A stretch of DNA of 64,000 nt from an uncultured bacterium (GCA_963726455.1 CAVSCK010000004.1:1024001-1088000), one strand, 5' to 3'. Counted from the first letter of the stretch, positions 28,291 to 42,537 are shown. Made by a program: numbers and translations. The notes: generated from the sequence alone by a model not told the origin.

Positions 28291-28590
28291 TCAAAACTTT
28301 GGTAAATTTAGATAAACTTCGCGAAATGGTATGTTATGCGCAGACAATGAGTTACCATATAACTTCTAAACTACTAACTACTACTACTACTACTACAGGG
28401 GGCGCTGACTCACCTGAAATCAAAGGGAAAAAGAGGGAGAGATGCAAGAAGTTGTCGAAGTTTAGAAGTTTACACCTAAACCCTTTTATCTAATTACGAT
28501 ACCTATTCGCGAACATTTGCGAAGTTTACGACTGCTTCTGTTGCCCACTTGGACTCGGGGAAACAAGTTGCCAAAGACCTTTAGGGCGCA
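28291..28590. other. Putative replication origin (iteron-like repeats)
   Basis: GAAGTTTA/TAAACTTC octamers in both orientations, (CTA)n tract, ttagggcgc repeated at 28271 and 28581; non-coding and directly after the helicase-like gene. Confidence 0.5.
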
Positions 28591-28626
28591 TACTGTGACA
28601 CCGACTACCGAAAGGAATAACAGACG

Positions 28627-30372
28627 ATGAAGTGCGCCGTCTATGCCCGGTACAGCTCCGACATGCAGAAACAGACCAGCATCGAAGATCAGGTGCGGGA
28701 GTGTCGGCAGTTCATCGAGCACAGACAGTGGGAAGTTGCCGACGGCCGGGTGTACTCTGACTACGCCATCAGTGGAGCTGATATCAACCGCACGGGTTAC
28801 CAGGCACTCAAGGCAGACGCATACAAGAAACTGTTTGCCTGCATCGTAGTTGACGACTTATCGCGACTCGGAAGGGACGCCGGAGAAGCAATCCAAATCT
28901 ACGGGGAATTGACTGCCTATGGAGTTAACATCGTCTCTGTGTCGGATGGAATCGAAACGGCTTCATCTTCTTCGAAGATTCCCTACTACTTCAAGAGCAT
29001 TGCCAACGAACTCTTTCTGGATGAACTGAAGGCCAAGATCGTTCGCGGTCTCAAAGGTCAAGTCTCTCGCGGTTACTCTGCCGGCGGCCGGACCTACGGC
29101 TACTACTCCGAGCCGGAACTTGTTCCGGGTGGCGGCGCTGACAAATTCGGCAGACCTCGGCGGCACGGGGTTAAGATCAAAATCAATGAGAAAGAAGCGG
29201 AAGTCGTGCGAATGATCTTCCGACTCCGCGCCGATGGTCTTGGACAACGTGCGATTGCCACTCGCCTGAATGAACTGAAAATCCCTTCCCCATTTGCACA
29301 CGTCGACCACTTTAGCGGAACTTGGTCGCCCGACACGGTACGCCACATGTTGCAACAGCGGAGATATATCGGCGACTGGACTTGGAACAAGAGCCGGTCT
29401 CTCAAGAAGAATCCTCTCGGTAAGCGAATTGTCAGAGAGAAGACAGTCGACCAATGGATTGAACACGTCGACGAATCATTGCGGATCATTCATCAAGATT
29501 TGTGGGACGCTGTACTGGCGACATTTGCAGACAAAGAAACACGATTGCGGTTCACGCCGGGGCCGAAAGGTGTCTATCTCTTGGGTGGGCTGCTTAAGTG
29601 TTCTCGCTGCGGATCGTCACTTGTCGGAATGAAATCGAAAGGATGGACTGCCTATGTGTGCAGCGGCAACAGAAGTAAAGGCAAGGTGTACTGTCCAGCC
29701 TCACACCGACTACCGCTCATCGAGGCTGACTCCGGAGTTCTGCAAGGCTGCAAAGAAATTCTGTTTTCTGATGAAACACTCGCATTGATTTCACGCCAAG
29801 TCAACGAAGCGTTGGCGACTATCGAGAAGCAGACTCCCAAGCGGCGAGATCGCTTAGCGAGAAGACTCAACACTCTTGACACGTCCATTGAGCGCCTACT
29901 TGATTTTGCGGAGACTGAACCGAGTAGTCCTGCTCTTGGTGAACGCCTACGGACTCTGGAAGCGGAAAAGCGCACTGTCCAGGCCGAACTTGATGCACTC
30001 AAAACCGAAACCCGTAGGACTAACCGACTGTCCGAAGAGTTCATCAAGGCCAGTCTGCAAGGGCTCCTACCTGCCGTGAGCGCTGACGAAAGCAGCCGCC
30101 AGGAGCTGAAATTCATCCTCAGCAAGATGTTTCCGGAAAAATTGTCTGTCACGATTCGCGAAAAAAATGGCTATGTTGAGTTTGGCGTGCTTGGTAACCT
30201 AATGCCCCTCAATATCCTTCCGAAGGCTTCTGCGTTAATGTATAAAGCCGGTGAAGGGACTCGAACCCCCGACCAGCTGATTACAAATCAGCTACTCTAC
30301 CAACTGAGTTACACCGGCTTAAGAAATCTGCCTGCCCGTTTCAAGTACCGTCACTCCGACGCGCAGGATTAG
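28627..30372 (+). CDS. Large serine recombinase (integrase)
   Basis: YARYSS catalytic Ser, DDLSRLGRD, recombinase domain, Zn ribbon LLKCSRCGS...YVCSG...YC, coiled coil; 3' end crosses the att repeat and tRNA. Confidence 0.95.
   Translation: MKCAVYARYSSDMQKQTSIEDQVRECRQFIEHRQWEVADGRVYSDYAISGADINRTGYQALKADAYKKLFACIVVDDLSRLGRDAGEAIQIYGELTAYGVNIVSVSDGIETASSSSKIPYYFKSIANELFLDELKAKIVRGLKGQVSRGYSAGGRTYGYYSEPELVPGGGADKFGRPRRHGVKIKINEKEAEVVRMIFRLRADGLGQRAIATRLNELKIPSPFAHVDHFSGTWSPDTVRHMLQQRRYIGDWTWNKSRSLKKNPLGKRIVREKTVDQWIEHVDESLRIIHQDLWDAVLATFADKETRLRFTPGPKGVYLLGGLLKCSRCGSSLVGMKSKGWTAYVCSGNRSKGKVYCPASHRLPLIEADSGVLQGCKEILFSDETLALISRQVNEALATIEKQTPKRRDRLARRLNTLDTSIERLLDFAETEPSSPALGERLRTLEAEKRTVQAELDALKTETRRTNRLSEEFIKASLQGLLPAVSADESSRQELKFILSKMFPEKLSVTIREKNGYVEFGVLGNLMPLNILPKASALMYKAGEGTRTPDQLITNQLLYQLSYTGLRNLPARFKYRHSDAQD
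30246..30318 (-). tRNA. tRNA-Thr (anticodon UGU)
   Basis: Reverse complement GCCGGTGTAACTCAGTTGGTAGAGTAGCTGATTTGTAATCAGCTGGTCGGGGGTTCGAGTCCCTTCACCGGCT folds as a cloverleaf; CCA not encoded. Confidence 0.97.
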
Positions 30373-30464
30373 ACGCAATATTTACGGGACAACGCCGGAG
30401 TTGTCAACCGGAATTTGACAAGAAGTCGCTTCGGGTCGCAAACACCTGGACGAAAGTTCTGCGG

Positions 30465-31868
30465 TTACTTGCGGGACTTGGAGCTACCGGCGACATCGGG
30501 CGCCTTGACGGGTTCGAGTTGCAGTGATTTGACTGTCACTCCCCCACCGACTGTTGAGACCGCAACATAGATCGCCTGGCATTTGGCGGGGTCAATTGGC
30601 TGCAACCAGCGTTGATGCGCATTAGAAATCGGATGCAGGCGCAACAGGGAGCCGTCGATTGACTGCTGCACGACGTAAGGATAATTTTGGAAGATGGGTG
30701 CCTCCGTCGCAATCGTGACGGTGTCGCCGTTTCGTTGCAGTTTGACGACGGGAGGCGGTTCACGTCGAATTTCCAGAACACCGCGCATCGCTTCGGTAGC
30801 AGTGGCAAAAACATATTTGATGTCTTTGGCTCTGAATTCGTCCTGCAGAGTCCCGAGCAGTTGGCTGTATGTGAATACAATGTCGGAGAATGAATGGACT
30901 GGCACGGACAGGATTTGGTCGCGGCCGGCGGCTATTCCGGCCTCGATCTCGGCGACATTTTGAGGACGGATACGAACGGCGAGCGATCTGGTGATTGCGC
31001 GATGCAAGTTGCCTGATCGTTGATAGTCGCCAGAATCGGGATGATACGGAAACCAATCTCGCGTGGCACGTGACCAGTCGTAGGCATTGCCGCCGCAGGT
31101 CGAGGTATCACTCTTGATAGTGCGGCCGGGAGGCATGCTGGAAAAATCGAACGGCACAACATTTTCCAACCAGCGAGAGAAATCATTGTTTTCCCAGCCC
31201 CAACCCGAACGGAAGCTGAGCGGAAAGAAACCCTGATCCACAACCAGCTCGTTCAGGCCGCTTTCGCACATGCCGATGTCGGTGAAACCGTCGTAGTTCG
31301 AACCGTTGAAAGTGAGAATTTGCGTCCAATAGGTGGTGCGCTGGCCGGCCTCCTCGCACTCGATCCAGGCGGTGTTGTGAAAATGCCAGGCGATTTCGTC
31401 CTCCCAGTCTTTCATCTCTTTGGAGAAGTTCAGCAGTTCCTGATAGACAGCGGCACAACCGACAGTCTCGCAAAGTTGCTCGGAGGTCAGCGCAAACCAG
31501 GTGAGTTTGGGGCGGTGTCCCTCGCTATCGATGAATGGCTCGCGCCAGGTTTTGGCCATGGTTCTGGCGACATAGCCGGAGTCGGGCTCGCTGACGAAAT
31601 TTGCAAATTCGACCTGTCCGCGCCGGGTGCCGCCATCCATTCGTAACGGTTCAGTGTCAACGGACAGCACGATGTAAACAGTCGGTTTTTTCGCGGGATT
31701 ACCGGGAGCAGAATCCGCCGTCAACTGCGCGGTTGATGTAACTGCAAGCGCAGCAGACAAACACAAGTAACGACCGTGTAGAACAAGTTTACGCATGTTG
31801 CCCCGGATGTCATTTGCGAGCGCGTCTGCAATCCGCATTTGCGGATCGGCAAACGCGTTCTCCGACAT
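30465..31868 (-). CDS. Secreted polysaccharide-deacetylase (NodB)-like fold protein
   Basis: VLSVDTE, WHFH, SFRSGWGW motifs; true start probably the internal MRKLV. Confidence 0.55.
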   Translation of the reverse strand: MSENAFADPQMRIADALANDIRGNMRKLVLHGRYLCLSAALAVTSTAQLTADSAPGNPAKKPTVYIVLSVDTEPLRMDGGTRRGQVEFANFVSEPDSGYVARTMAKTWREPFIDSEGHRPKLTWFALTSEQLCETVGCAAVYQELLNFSKEMKDWEDEIAWHFHNTAWIECEEAGQRTTYWTQILTFNGSNYDGFTDIGMCESGLNELVVDQGFFPLSFRSGWGWENNDFSRWLENVVPFDFSSMPPGRTIKSDTSTCGGNAYDWSRATRDWFPYHPDSGDYQRSGNLHRAITRSLAVRIRPQNVAEIEAGIAAGRDQILSVPVHSFSDIVFTYSQLLGTLQDEFRAKDIKYVFATATEAMRGVLEIRREPPPVVKLQRNGDTVTIATEAPIFQNYPYVVQQSIDGSLLRLHPISNAHQRWLQPIDPAKCQAIYVAVSTVGGGVTVKSLQLEPVKAPDVAGSSKSRK

Positions 31869-32235
31869 AAGAGAACCTTGTTTACTTCGACGTCAAAATT
31901 CAGCCCGCCCGATCTGCGCTTTATCGGAACGACCGAAGTCATCTTGCGCTCCCTGTTTGTTCGAGCCACCCAGGTTTGGGAGCGCTACGATATATATTGG
32001 GACAGTACCGGCAAATAATACTTCACGAACCCGATTTTGTCAAGCGCTAGCGGCAACTTGCGCGCACCGGAGGCTCCAGCAAACACGACAGTATTTGTCT
32101 CCTAAGAGTTCCACGTTAGGACGAAAATTGCTACCTGTCGCTGCGACCAAGGGCTATATTGTTCGAAAGAACAAGTAACAATCTCAAGGTGGATCAGATA
32201 TACCCGATTCCGCAAGATTGGGGCAGGAGGAAACA

Positions 32236-33207
32236 ATGAAAGCAAGAATTATGATTTGGTGCCTGGTTATGGCGACCGTGGCGATGGTATTCGGTTTGTT
32301 GTCGTGCTCAAAGAAGGGTGGTAATGGAGGCGAGGACGACGGGAATACTCCGTACAACATCATTGATTTGCGGGTTGCCAAGGTCACCGACAGCTCCATC
32401 ACCATAATCTGGACGGCGACCGGCGATGATGCTGATGTCGGCACGGCCACTTACTATGACGTTCGGCTTTGGGACGACTGGCTTACGATGGAGAGTTGGG
32501 ACAGCGCCACACAGGTACAGGGTGAGCCGCACCCACGTCCTGCCGGACAGACTGACAGCATGGAAGTTCGCGGCTTGATGAAGGACTCGACTTACTACAT
32601 CGGACTTCGGGCCGGCGACGAGGCAGGTAACTGGAATGCGCCCAGTTGCGTACGCGCCGTCTGTTTTGAGGACGTCATCGTAAACTTCCCCGACACCGCA
32701 GTGGAGACCGCGGTGCGACTGAATATATCGAAACCGACGGGCGACATTCACCGGTCGGATGTTATGAACATGTGGTTTTTGGTCGCGAATTCGGCTAATG
32801 TCACGAATCTAACCGGGCTGGAGTATTGCACGAGTTTGGCGGTGCTGTTTATGTCGAGCAATTCGATTACAAATCTGACTCCGCTGGCATCACTCAAAAA
32901 GCTGAATGATCTGCAACTGGTGCAAAACGATATTTCTGACATTACGCCGCTTGCCAGTATAACGAATTTGCAGAATCTGTATCTGCGAGACAACCATCTC
33001 ACCGAAGTGCCGGCGGTATCCGGCTTGAATCGGCTCCACATTCTCGACATCGGCAACAACTATATCACCGACCTGGCGCCGCTGGTGGCTAATGCCGGTC
33101 TGGCGACTGCGGACACGGTGTACCTGACCAATCTCCAGCTTTCCCAGCAGGCGATTGATGTGCAGATTCCGGCGCTGCAGGCGCGGGGCGTGCAAATCAT
33201 CAGATAG
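32236..33207 (+). CDS. Lipoprotein with FN3-like domain and internalin-type leucine-rich repeats
   Basis: Lipobox LLSC; WTATGDD...YYIGLRAGDEAGNW; NSITNLTPLASLKKL, NDISDITPL repeats. Confidence 0.85.
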   Translation: MKARIMIWCLVMATVAMVFGLLSCSKKGGNGGEDDGNTPYNIIDLRVAKVTDSSITIIWTATGDDADVGTATYYDVRLWDDWLTMESWDSATQVQGEPHPRPAGQTDSMEVRGLMKDSTYYIGLRAGDEAGNWNAPSCVRAVCFEDVIVNFPDTAVETAVRLNISKPTGDIHRSDVMNMWFLVANSANVTNLTGLEYCTSLAVLFMSSNSITNLTPLASLKKLNDLQLVQNDISDITPLASITNLQNLYLRDNHLTEVPAVSGLNRLHILDIGNNYITDLAPLVANAGLATADTVYLTNLQLSQQAIDVQIPALQARGVQIIR

Positions 33208-33349
33208 GCGGACGAGACAATTCCGATCACGATGCGGCGCACGGAGACGTGCGCCGCGCACAATCCCCACACTCCTTCGCAAGAACTTAAAGTGGCATTA
33301 TCAGCGGCCAAGCTCGCAGAAATGAGAGTCTCCGCGAATGGCAAATGAA

Positions 33350-33377
33350 AAGGCAGGTGTCACGTGACACCTGCCTT
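33350..33377 (-). terminator. Perfect 28-bp palindrome, probable terminator for PFOR
   Basis: aaggcaggtgtcac|gtgacacctgcctt between convergent genes. Confidence 0.7.
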
Positions 33378-33418
33378 GAGGACAGCAAATCAAAGCTCAG
33401 GGACAGTGCCCTGACAAT

Positions 33419-37077
<3,659 letters not shown>

Positions 37078-37158
37078 AAGTATTACCTTGACCTTTCCTG
37101 GACCGTGGATGTCGCCGTGAGCACCCATCTATCAATGAATATGACTGATGATTCTAGT

Positions 37159-37721
37159 TCATGATTTGATTTTGGCATTGGTAATCTTACGCTGCGCCTG
37201 ATACTTCCCTTTCTTGTCGGCGTAGGAAACCCGGCAGACTTCATCGGCTTCAAGAAATATGATCTGAGCGATCCCTTCGTTGGCATATACTCGCACCGGC
37301 AATGGCGCGGTGTTGGAGATCGAGATCGTCGCGAATCCCTCCCATTCCGGTTCGAACGGCGTGACATTGACCACGAGACCGCAGCGAGCATAAGTCGACT
37401 TGCCGAAGCAGATGGTCAGAATTTCGCGCGGAATACGGAAATATTCCAGACTGCGACCGAGAATAAAAGAATTCGGCGGAATGAGCAGCGACTTGGCCTT
37501 GACGGAAACAAAGTTTGCCGACTGATGATTCTTGGGGTCGATTTCTTCGCCATTGACCGGCGTAAAGACCTGAAACTCGTCGGACAACCGCATGTCATAG
37601 CCATAGGCGGACAGTCCGTAGGAAATCACCTTACGTGATACCTGCTTATGCGCAAACGGAGAAATTATCTTTCTCTTTCTTGCCGCCATCGAGTAATCCA
37701 ACGATCAGACTTGATCGACAC
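37159..37721 (-). CDS. dcd: dCTP deaminase (frameshift near the 5' end)
   Basis: [39 protein letters not shown]; [11 protein letters not shown] start in another frame. Confidence 0.92.
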
Positions 37722-37792
37722 ATCCAATCCTAATATCGAGTATACATCGGCAGCTCCCATATGCCGACCGTAATCATCTTGAATTAATTAAG

Positions 37793-38201
37793 CTAATCCT
37801 GCCATTCCGTCAAATCTTTTATCGTATGACTGGAGAAGACCTTAAGCAAACTTCCCTGCGCCCTCTCCAGCAGCTTGCGCAGACTGAGCATCGCCGGCGA
37901 CTGGCCGTCAATTGGTTCCGTCAGACACTTGGAAATGTAGTAAGGTCCCTGGATGGACTCCACAACCTCTTTGATCGTGATTTTGTCGGCGTGTCCTTCC
38001 CAGAGAGAATCCGCCCTTGACACCACGGTGGGAACGGACCAGTCCGGAGCGGCAAAGGGACTGGAAGATCTTTGCCAGGAATTTCTCGGGAACGTGCTGG
38101 TTTTCGGAAATCTCCGAAAGTGGAGTGATCTTGCCCTTGGTCTGCGTGGCAAGATACATGATACCAAAGATGCCGTATTCCTCGGCTTTTGTGAATTGCA
38201 T
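37793..38201 (-). CDS. Rrf2-family transcriptional regulator (frameshifted)
   Basis: FTKAEEYG...FLAKIFQSL..GLVRSHRGVKGGF, then ITIKEVVESIQG in the next frame. Confidence 0.85.
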
Positions 38202-38549
38202 GAGGTTACCTCTTGTTATATATGGTCCCGATGATAGTCATAGCCACGACGCCGAGGGTGCGTATTGTGAATGATTTCACAAGACCTTGCGCCATAAAAA
38301 CCGTATGCTGCGTGCTTAATATCAATGTTTCCTCGGAGTCTAGTTTAACACCATGGTCATTCCAAAAGTGAACATAATTACTCATGTCTCTAAAGTCAAC
38401 TACTATTTCGTGACTTTTTTCACATGATTGGATATATCTTTTTTTGTGTCCCCCTGCCCCCTCGACGGCTTTGGAAGACCGCATTTGACTTGGATTTGCG
38501 CCCCCTAAAGCGGTAAATTTACAGGTAGTTTCGACGCCGGGAGGGAGTT

Positions 38550-39099
38550 TTGGCGAAGCAAAACGAGGAAAAAGGTTTGACAATCGTTTATACCGGCGAC
38601 GGCAAAGGCAAGACCACTGCGGCCCTGGGAATGTGCATTCGTGCCGCCGGATACAAAAAGAAGATCAAAATTCTGCAGTTTGTGAAAGGGAGTTGGAAAT
38701 ACGGCGAGTTGGAAGGGATCAAACTGCTGAGTGATTTCGTCGAGATGGAACAAGTTGGTGAGGGCTTTGTTGGAATAGTTGATGACACCAAGGAATTTTC
38801 AGTTCATCAGGAAGCGGCCCGCCAGGGTTTGGAACACGCACGACAGGTGATGCATTCCGGGCAGAATATGATATCGTGATTCTGGATGAACTGAATATTG
38901 CGATTGATCTGGGGCTGGTGATCGCTTGATGAAGTGCTTGAGTTGGTTAAGAACAAGCCGGAAAAGCTGCATCTGGTGATAACGGGCAGAAATGCGCGCG
39001 CCGGAATTGATCGAAATTGCCGATCTGGTAACGGAGATGAAGGAGATCAAGCACCCCTATCAGAAAGGGATTCTGGCACAGCGGGCAGTTGATTGGTGA
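38550..39099 (+). CDS. cobO: Cob(I)alamin adenosyltransferase CobO/BtuR (frameshifted)
   Basis: [39 protein letters not shown]. Confidence 0.88.
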
Positions 39100-39199
39100 G
39101 TGGCGCGCAGATCGCTCACGGCTGCCGCGGGCATTGTGTGACTTGAGTCGGAAAGTTGGAATTGGAATATAATCTGTAAGTATATATTTGCGGAGAATT

Positions 39200-40125
39200 A
39201 TGAAGACGGATTATGACATCATAATCGTGGGGGGCGGACCGGGTGGATCTCACGGCCGGAATGTACGGCTCACGCGCGAATCTGAAGACTGTTGCCATCG
39301 AGAAATATCTTCCCGGCGGCCAGATTGCGGCAACCGAGGAAGTCGAGGATTATCCCGGATTCGAGCACATATTGGGTTCGGAGCTCGCAGCCAAGTTCGA
39401 ATCGCATGCACGCAAATTCGGGCTGGAGATTTTATCCGATACGGTGGAAGAAATCTATCAGGAAGGGCGCGTCCATTTCGTCAAGACGTCGGAAGGGCTG
39501 TACACTTCCAAGACGGTGATCATCTCGACCGGCGGTTCGGCAAACAAGCTGAATGTGCCGGGCGAAATAGAATTTGCCGGCAAGGGCGTCTCCTACTGCG
39601 CGATTTGCGACGGCGCTTTCTTTAAGGATCAGGTGATCGTCGTGGTCGGAGGCGGTGACGCGGCCGTTGAGGAAGGGATGTTCCTGACGAAGTACGGTAC
39701 GAAGGTGATTCTGATACATCGTCGCGATAAACTTCGGGCGCAAAAGATTATTCAGGAACGCGCTTTCAAGAATCCGAAGATGGAATTTGTCTGGGAGAGC
39801 GTGGTCGACTCGATTGAAGGCGATAAGAAAGTGTCGCATATCAACGTGCGCAATGTCAAGACCGGCGTGGTGTCTCGCAGTAGATTGCGGCGCCGTGTTC
39901 GTGTTTGTCGGCTTTGTGCCGAATTCCAAACTAACGCGCACGCCGCTGGAACTTGATGCCAACGGTTACATCATGACCGATCAGAATATGGCGACATCGA
40001 TACCGGGCGTATTTGCGTGCGGTGATGTTCGTCATCAGTTGGTGCGGCAGGTGACTAATGCTGTTGGTGATGCCACCACGGCGGCGATGGCGGCGAGCAA
40101 GTATATTGAAGAGTTGGATGATTGA
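39200..40125 (+). CDS. trxB: Thioredoxin-disulfide reductase (frameshifted)
   Basis: IIVGGGPGG, GVSYCAICDG, VVGGGDAAVEE, GVFACGD. Confidence 0.93.
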
Positions 40126-40189
40126 ACGGAAATCACCTCGGCCAGATGAAATCCACGAATTTCAGATGATCCTGCACCTGTGGTAATGG

Positions 40190-40543
40190 TTACAGTTCGA
40201 CGGATGACTCGTCGATCAGAAACGTTTCCAGCTTCCGGCGCACCGCCTGAAGGAACGCTTCATCCTGGTGGACGTCGCCCGTCCGAACGGTACAGGCCGA
40301 CAAGAGGAATTCTGCTTCCGCTTCGCTGAAATTGCAGATTCCCTTTCCCCACTTGTATTCCAACTTGAACCCGCCCAGGAAGGGATCGTTGACTACCGGA
40401 AAATTAGCCTCCGAAATGGCTGTCAGATAGCGGTAGGCGGTCCACCGACTGACGCCACATTCTTGTTGAATCATTCGGATCGATACTGCCCGCCGGTGAT
40501 GCAGCAGGTTTAGTACTAATAGAATGTTGGTTAGAACCGCCAA
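40190..40543 (-). CDS. Small winged-HTH protein (YafY/PafB-type HTH without WYL domain)
   Basis: ECGVSRWTAYRYLTAISEANFPV...GGFKL...FSEAEAEFL. Confidence 0.65.
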   Translation of the reverse strand: MAVLTNILLVLNLLHHRRAVSIRMIQQECGVSRWTAYRYLTAISEANFPVVNDPFLGGFKLEYKWGKGICNFSEAEAEFLLSACTVRTGDVHQDEAFLQAVRRKLETFLIDESSVEL

Positions 40544-40600
40544 GTAGGCGCTGCGCTTCCGTGTAGCCCCAGCATTGGTCCCAGTTAATTCAACCGCAAG

Positions 40601-42190
40601 CTACTGTCCTTGACACTTGCGTGGCAAAATGCCGTCCGAAAATATGTAACTGATCAATGCCACCACATCCGAAATATCCACCACGCCGTCACTGTTGTCG
40701 TCACCTAGGATGACATCCTTGGGCGCATACCCGCCCGAAAAGATATAGTCGATCAGGTAAACCGCATCCGAAATGTCAATACGCTTATCGTCATTGGCGT
40801 CACCGCAGGTGTAGCCAATGTCGGACACATCCATCGTCTGCATCAGCAGGTTCCACCCGGGCGCCAGCGAACCCCAGTCCCACCAAACTACGGCTACCAG
40901 CCCGTTGCGATTCATGTCCGCAGCATATATGTCTATGGCCGCTTCGTATGGTTTTCCCGGGACGTCGTTGATCCGATAATTGTCCCCAATTCGCTTACCG
41001 AGATAGTCAAATCGCTGGGCATAGTTGTCGAAATACGTGACGCCCCCTGCAACATTGACGTGAAAGACGCAAGTAAGGTTGCCAACTGAGTCTGACAACA
41101 TGAATGGATACCACGGAAACACGTAACAGTTGGATCGATCACTCACCAGAAAGTTAGGCCCCTTCGGCACCCCCTGCGCGGTAAATTGACGCGCGAAGTA
41201 ATGTTCTGTCCGGCAGTCCCAATCGTAATCCTTGCGATAGGCGACCGCAAAATCGCCATTGTCCTGAATGGAGGCACTGCACCAGTGTCCTGCCGCATTT
41301 CCCTGATAGAAGTATGTTGAATCGCCGCTGCAAGTTTCGGGGTAACCTTCACATGCAACAATGATCTCGTCAGTAACGGGATTACCGGCAACATCAAATA
41401 CTCTTGCCGTCGGCTGCGAAGGGTAGAACGGCCAGGAAATGACTTCTCGATCAGTGTCCCAGACGAGGACAAATCTACCCGATGGCGAAATCGCGATGGC
41501 CGGATAGGCGGCTTGATAATACTCGCCTGAGGAGTGGGAAGATGCCGAACGCGAATAGCCAATCCTCTGATTGTCCTTATCGTACATTGCATAATATAGC
41601 GAATCACCACTGGATATTTTGGAATTCTGCCACACGATGATAGTTTGACCCAGTTCATTGATAGCTATGTCGTTTCCCACTCCCGGCTCAGTCGGCTGCC
41701 GGTCAAGATCGTACTCTACTGGTGGTTGGAAGACTCCCGAGTTGTCCGACATCCACAAATAGGAACGGCGCCTCTTATCGCCATACATCATTGTTGATGA
41801 AACGGCAACCTTGCCCCAGGAATTTGCGGCAACAGACACACATCCCGTGGCGCTGGAGCCCGGTGACGTCAAGTCAACGACATCACACAATGGATTGCCT
41901 AATGTGTCATAGCATCGGTAGTACAGATGAAACCAATACGATGAGTCGATAGAACTCACCTGCCACGCCACATGAATCCGATTGAGGCCGTCGACCGCGA
42001 CTTCCAGGTTGTTTGGAACGACGCCGGAGCCGTCCCATGGGTCGATAATAAATGCTTTGTTTAGGGGAAACTTGGCCAGGGCGGGCGAGACAGTCAAACC
42101 CACGAACAAAACGACAACACCTAAGATGAGAATAGCGCTTCGCATCAAGTGCACCCTCCCCAAAAAACAAGTCGACAGTAACGACACCAA
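40601..42190 (-). CDS. Secreted beta-repeat protein with C-terminal dockerin
   Basis: Signal peptide; repeated PAIAISPSGRFVLVW/ARQFTAQG.P.G.NF units; [23 protein letters not shown]. Confidence 0.8.
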   Translation of the reverse strand: MVSLLSTCFLGRVHLMRSAILILGVVVLFVGLTVSPALAKFPLNKAFIIDPWDGSGVVPNNLEVAVDGLNRIHVAWQVSSIDSSYWFHLYYRCYDTLGNPLCDVVDLTSPGSSATGCVSVAANSWGKVAVSSTMMYGDKRRRSYLWMSDNSGVFQPPVEYDLDRQPTEPGVGNDIAINELGQTIIVWQNSKISSGDSLYYAMYDKDNQRIGYSRSASSHSSGEYYQAAYPAIAISPSGRFVLVWDTDREVISWPFYPSQPTARVFDVAGNPVTDEIIVACEGYPETCSGDSTYFYQGNAAGHWCSASIQDNGDFAVAYRKDYDWDCRTEHYFARQFTAQGVPKGPNFLVSDRSNCYVFPWYPFMLSDSVGNLTCVFHVNVAGGVTYFDNYAQRFDYLGKRIGDNYRINDVPGKPYEAAIDIYAADMNRNGLVAVVWWDWGSLAPGWNLLMQTMDVSDIGYTCGDANDDKRIDISDAVYLIDYIFSGGYAPKDVILGDDNSDGVVDISDVVALISYIFSDGILPRKCQGQ

Positions 42191-42245
42191 GTTAGTCTAA
42201 ATTCCCCGATTGTCAAGTACAAAATCTGAAAAAATTCTGGGAAGG

Positions 42246-42262
42246 TGTGTCACGGATTGACA
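42246..42262. promoter_or_regulatory. Palindromic operator candidate in the divergent intergenic region
   Basis: GTGTCA-cggat-TGACAC; second imperfect palindrome cactgacagaagctgacagtg at ~42321. Confidence 0.4.
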
Positions 42263-42537
42263 CAGTCGCTAGTTAAAATAGGAAGCACTGGTTTATCAGT
42301 TCCGGCGCGCAAATCAGTCTCACTGACAGAAGCTGACAGTGAGGCGATCAGTCGTCCCATGTTGGAATGGTGAACGTATGTCGCCCGAATGCGAAAGGAG
42401 GTGGGAAATCACGGACCGATGGTGACGGCGAAGTGACCACTTCAGCATCTCACGAACTGTCACCTTTTCCACAATGTTGCGTGTCATCTAGCCATCAACA
42501 GATCAACCATCACAGCAATCTAGGGAGGAATTTGCTC

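Larger units (their letters stand above)
15930..30261. mobile_element. Integrated phage-satellite-like element (~14.3 kb) at tRNA-Thr
   Basis: Flanked by the 18-bp direct repeat aaagccggtgaagggact (15930-15947 and 30244-30261), which matches the tRNA 3' end; contains integrases, HTH regulators, replication, TerS-like and tape-measure-like genes. Confidence 0.9.

Noticed and set aside
28371-28396. CRISPR array or coding poly-Thr ORF (28299-28493)
   Set aside because: Simple trinucleotide run without repeat-spacer structure; the ORF is better explained as origin DNA. No CRISPR array was seen in the window.
15930-30261. Complete prophage or conjugative element
   Set aside because: No recognisable capsid, portal, TerL, tail tube, lysis, relaxase or T4SS genes between the att repeats.
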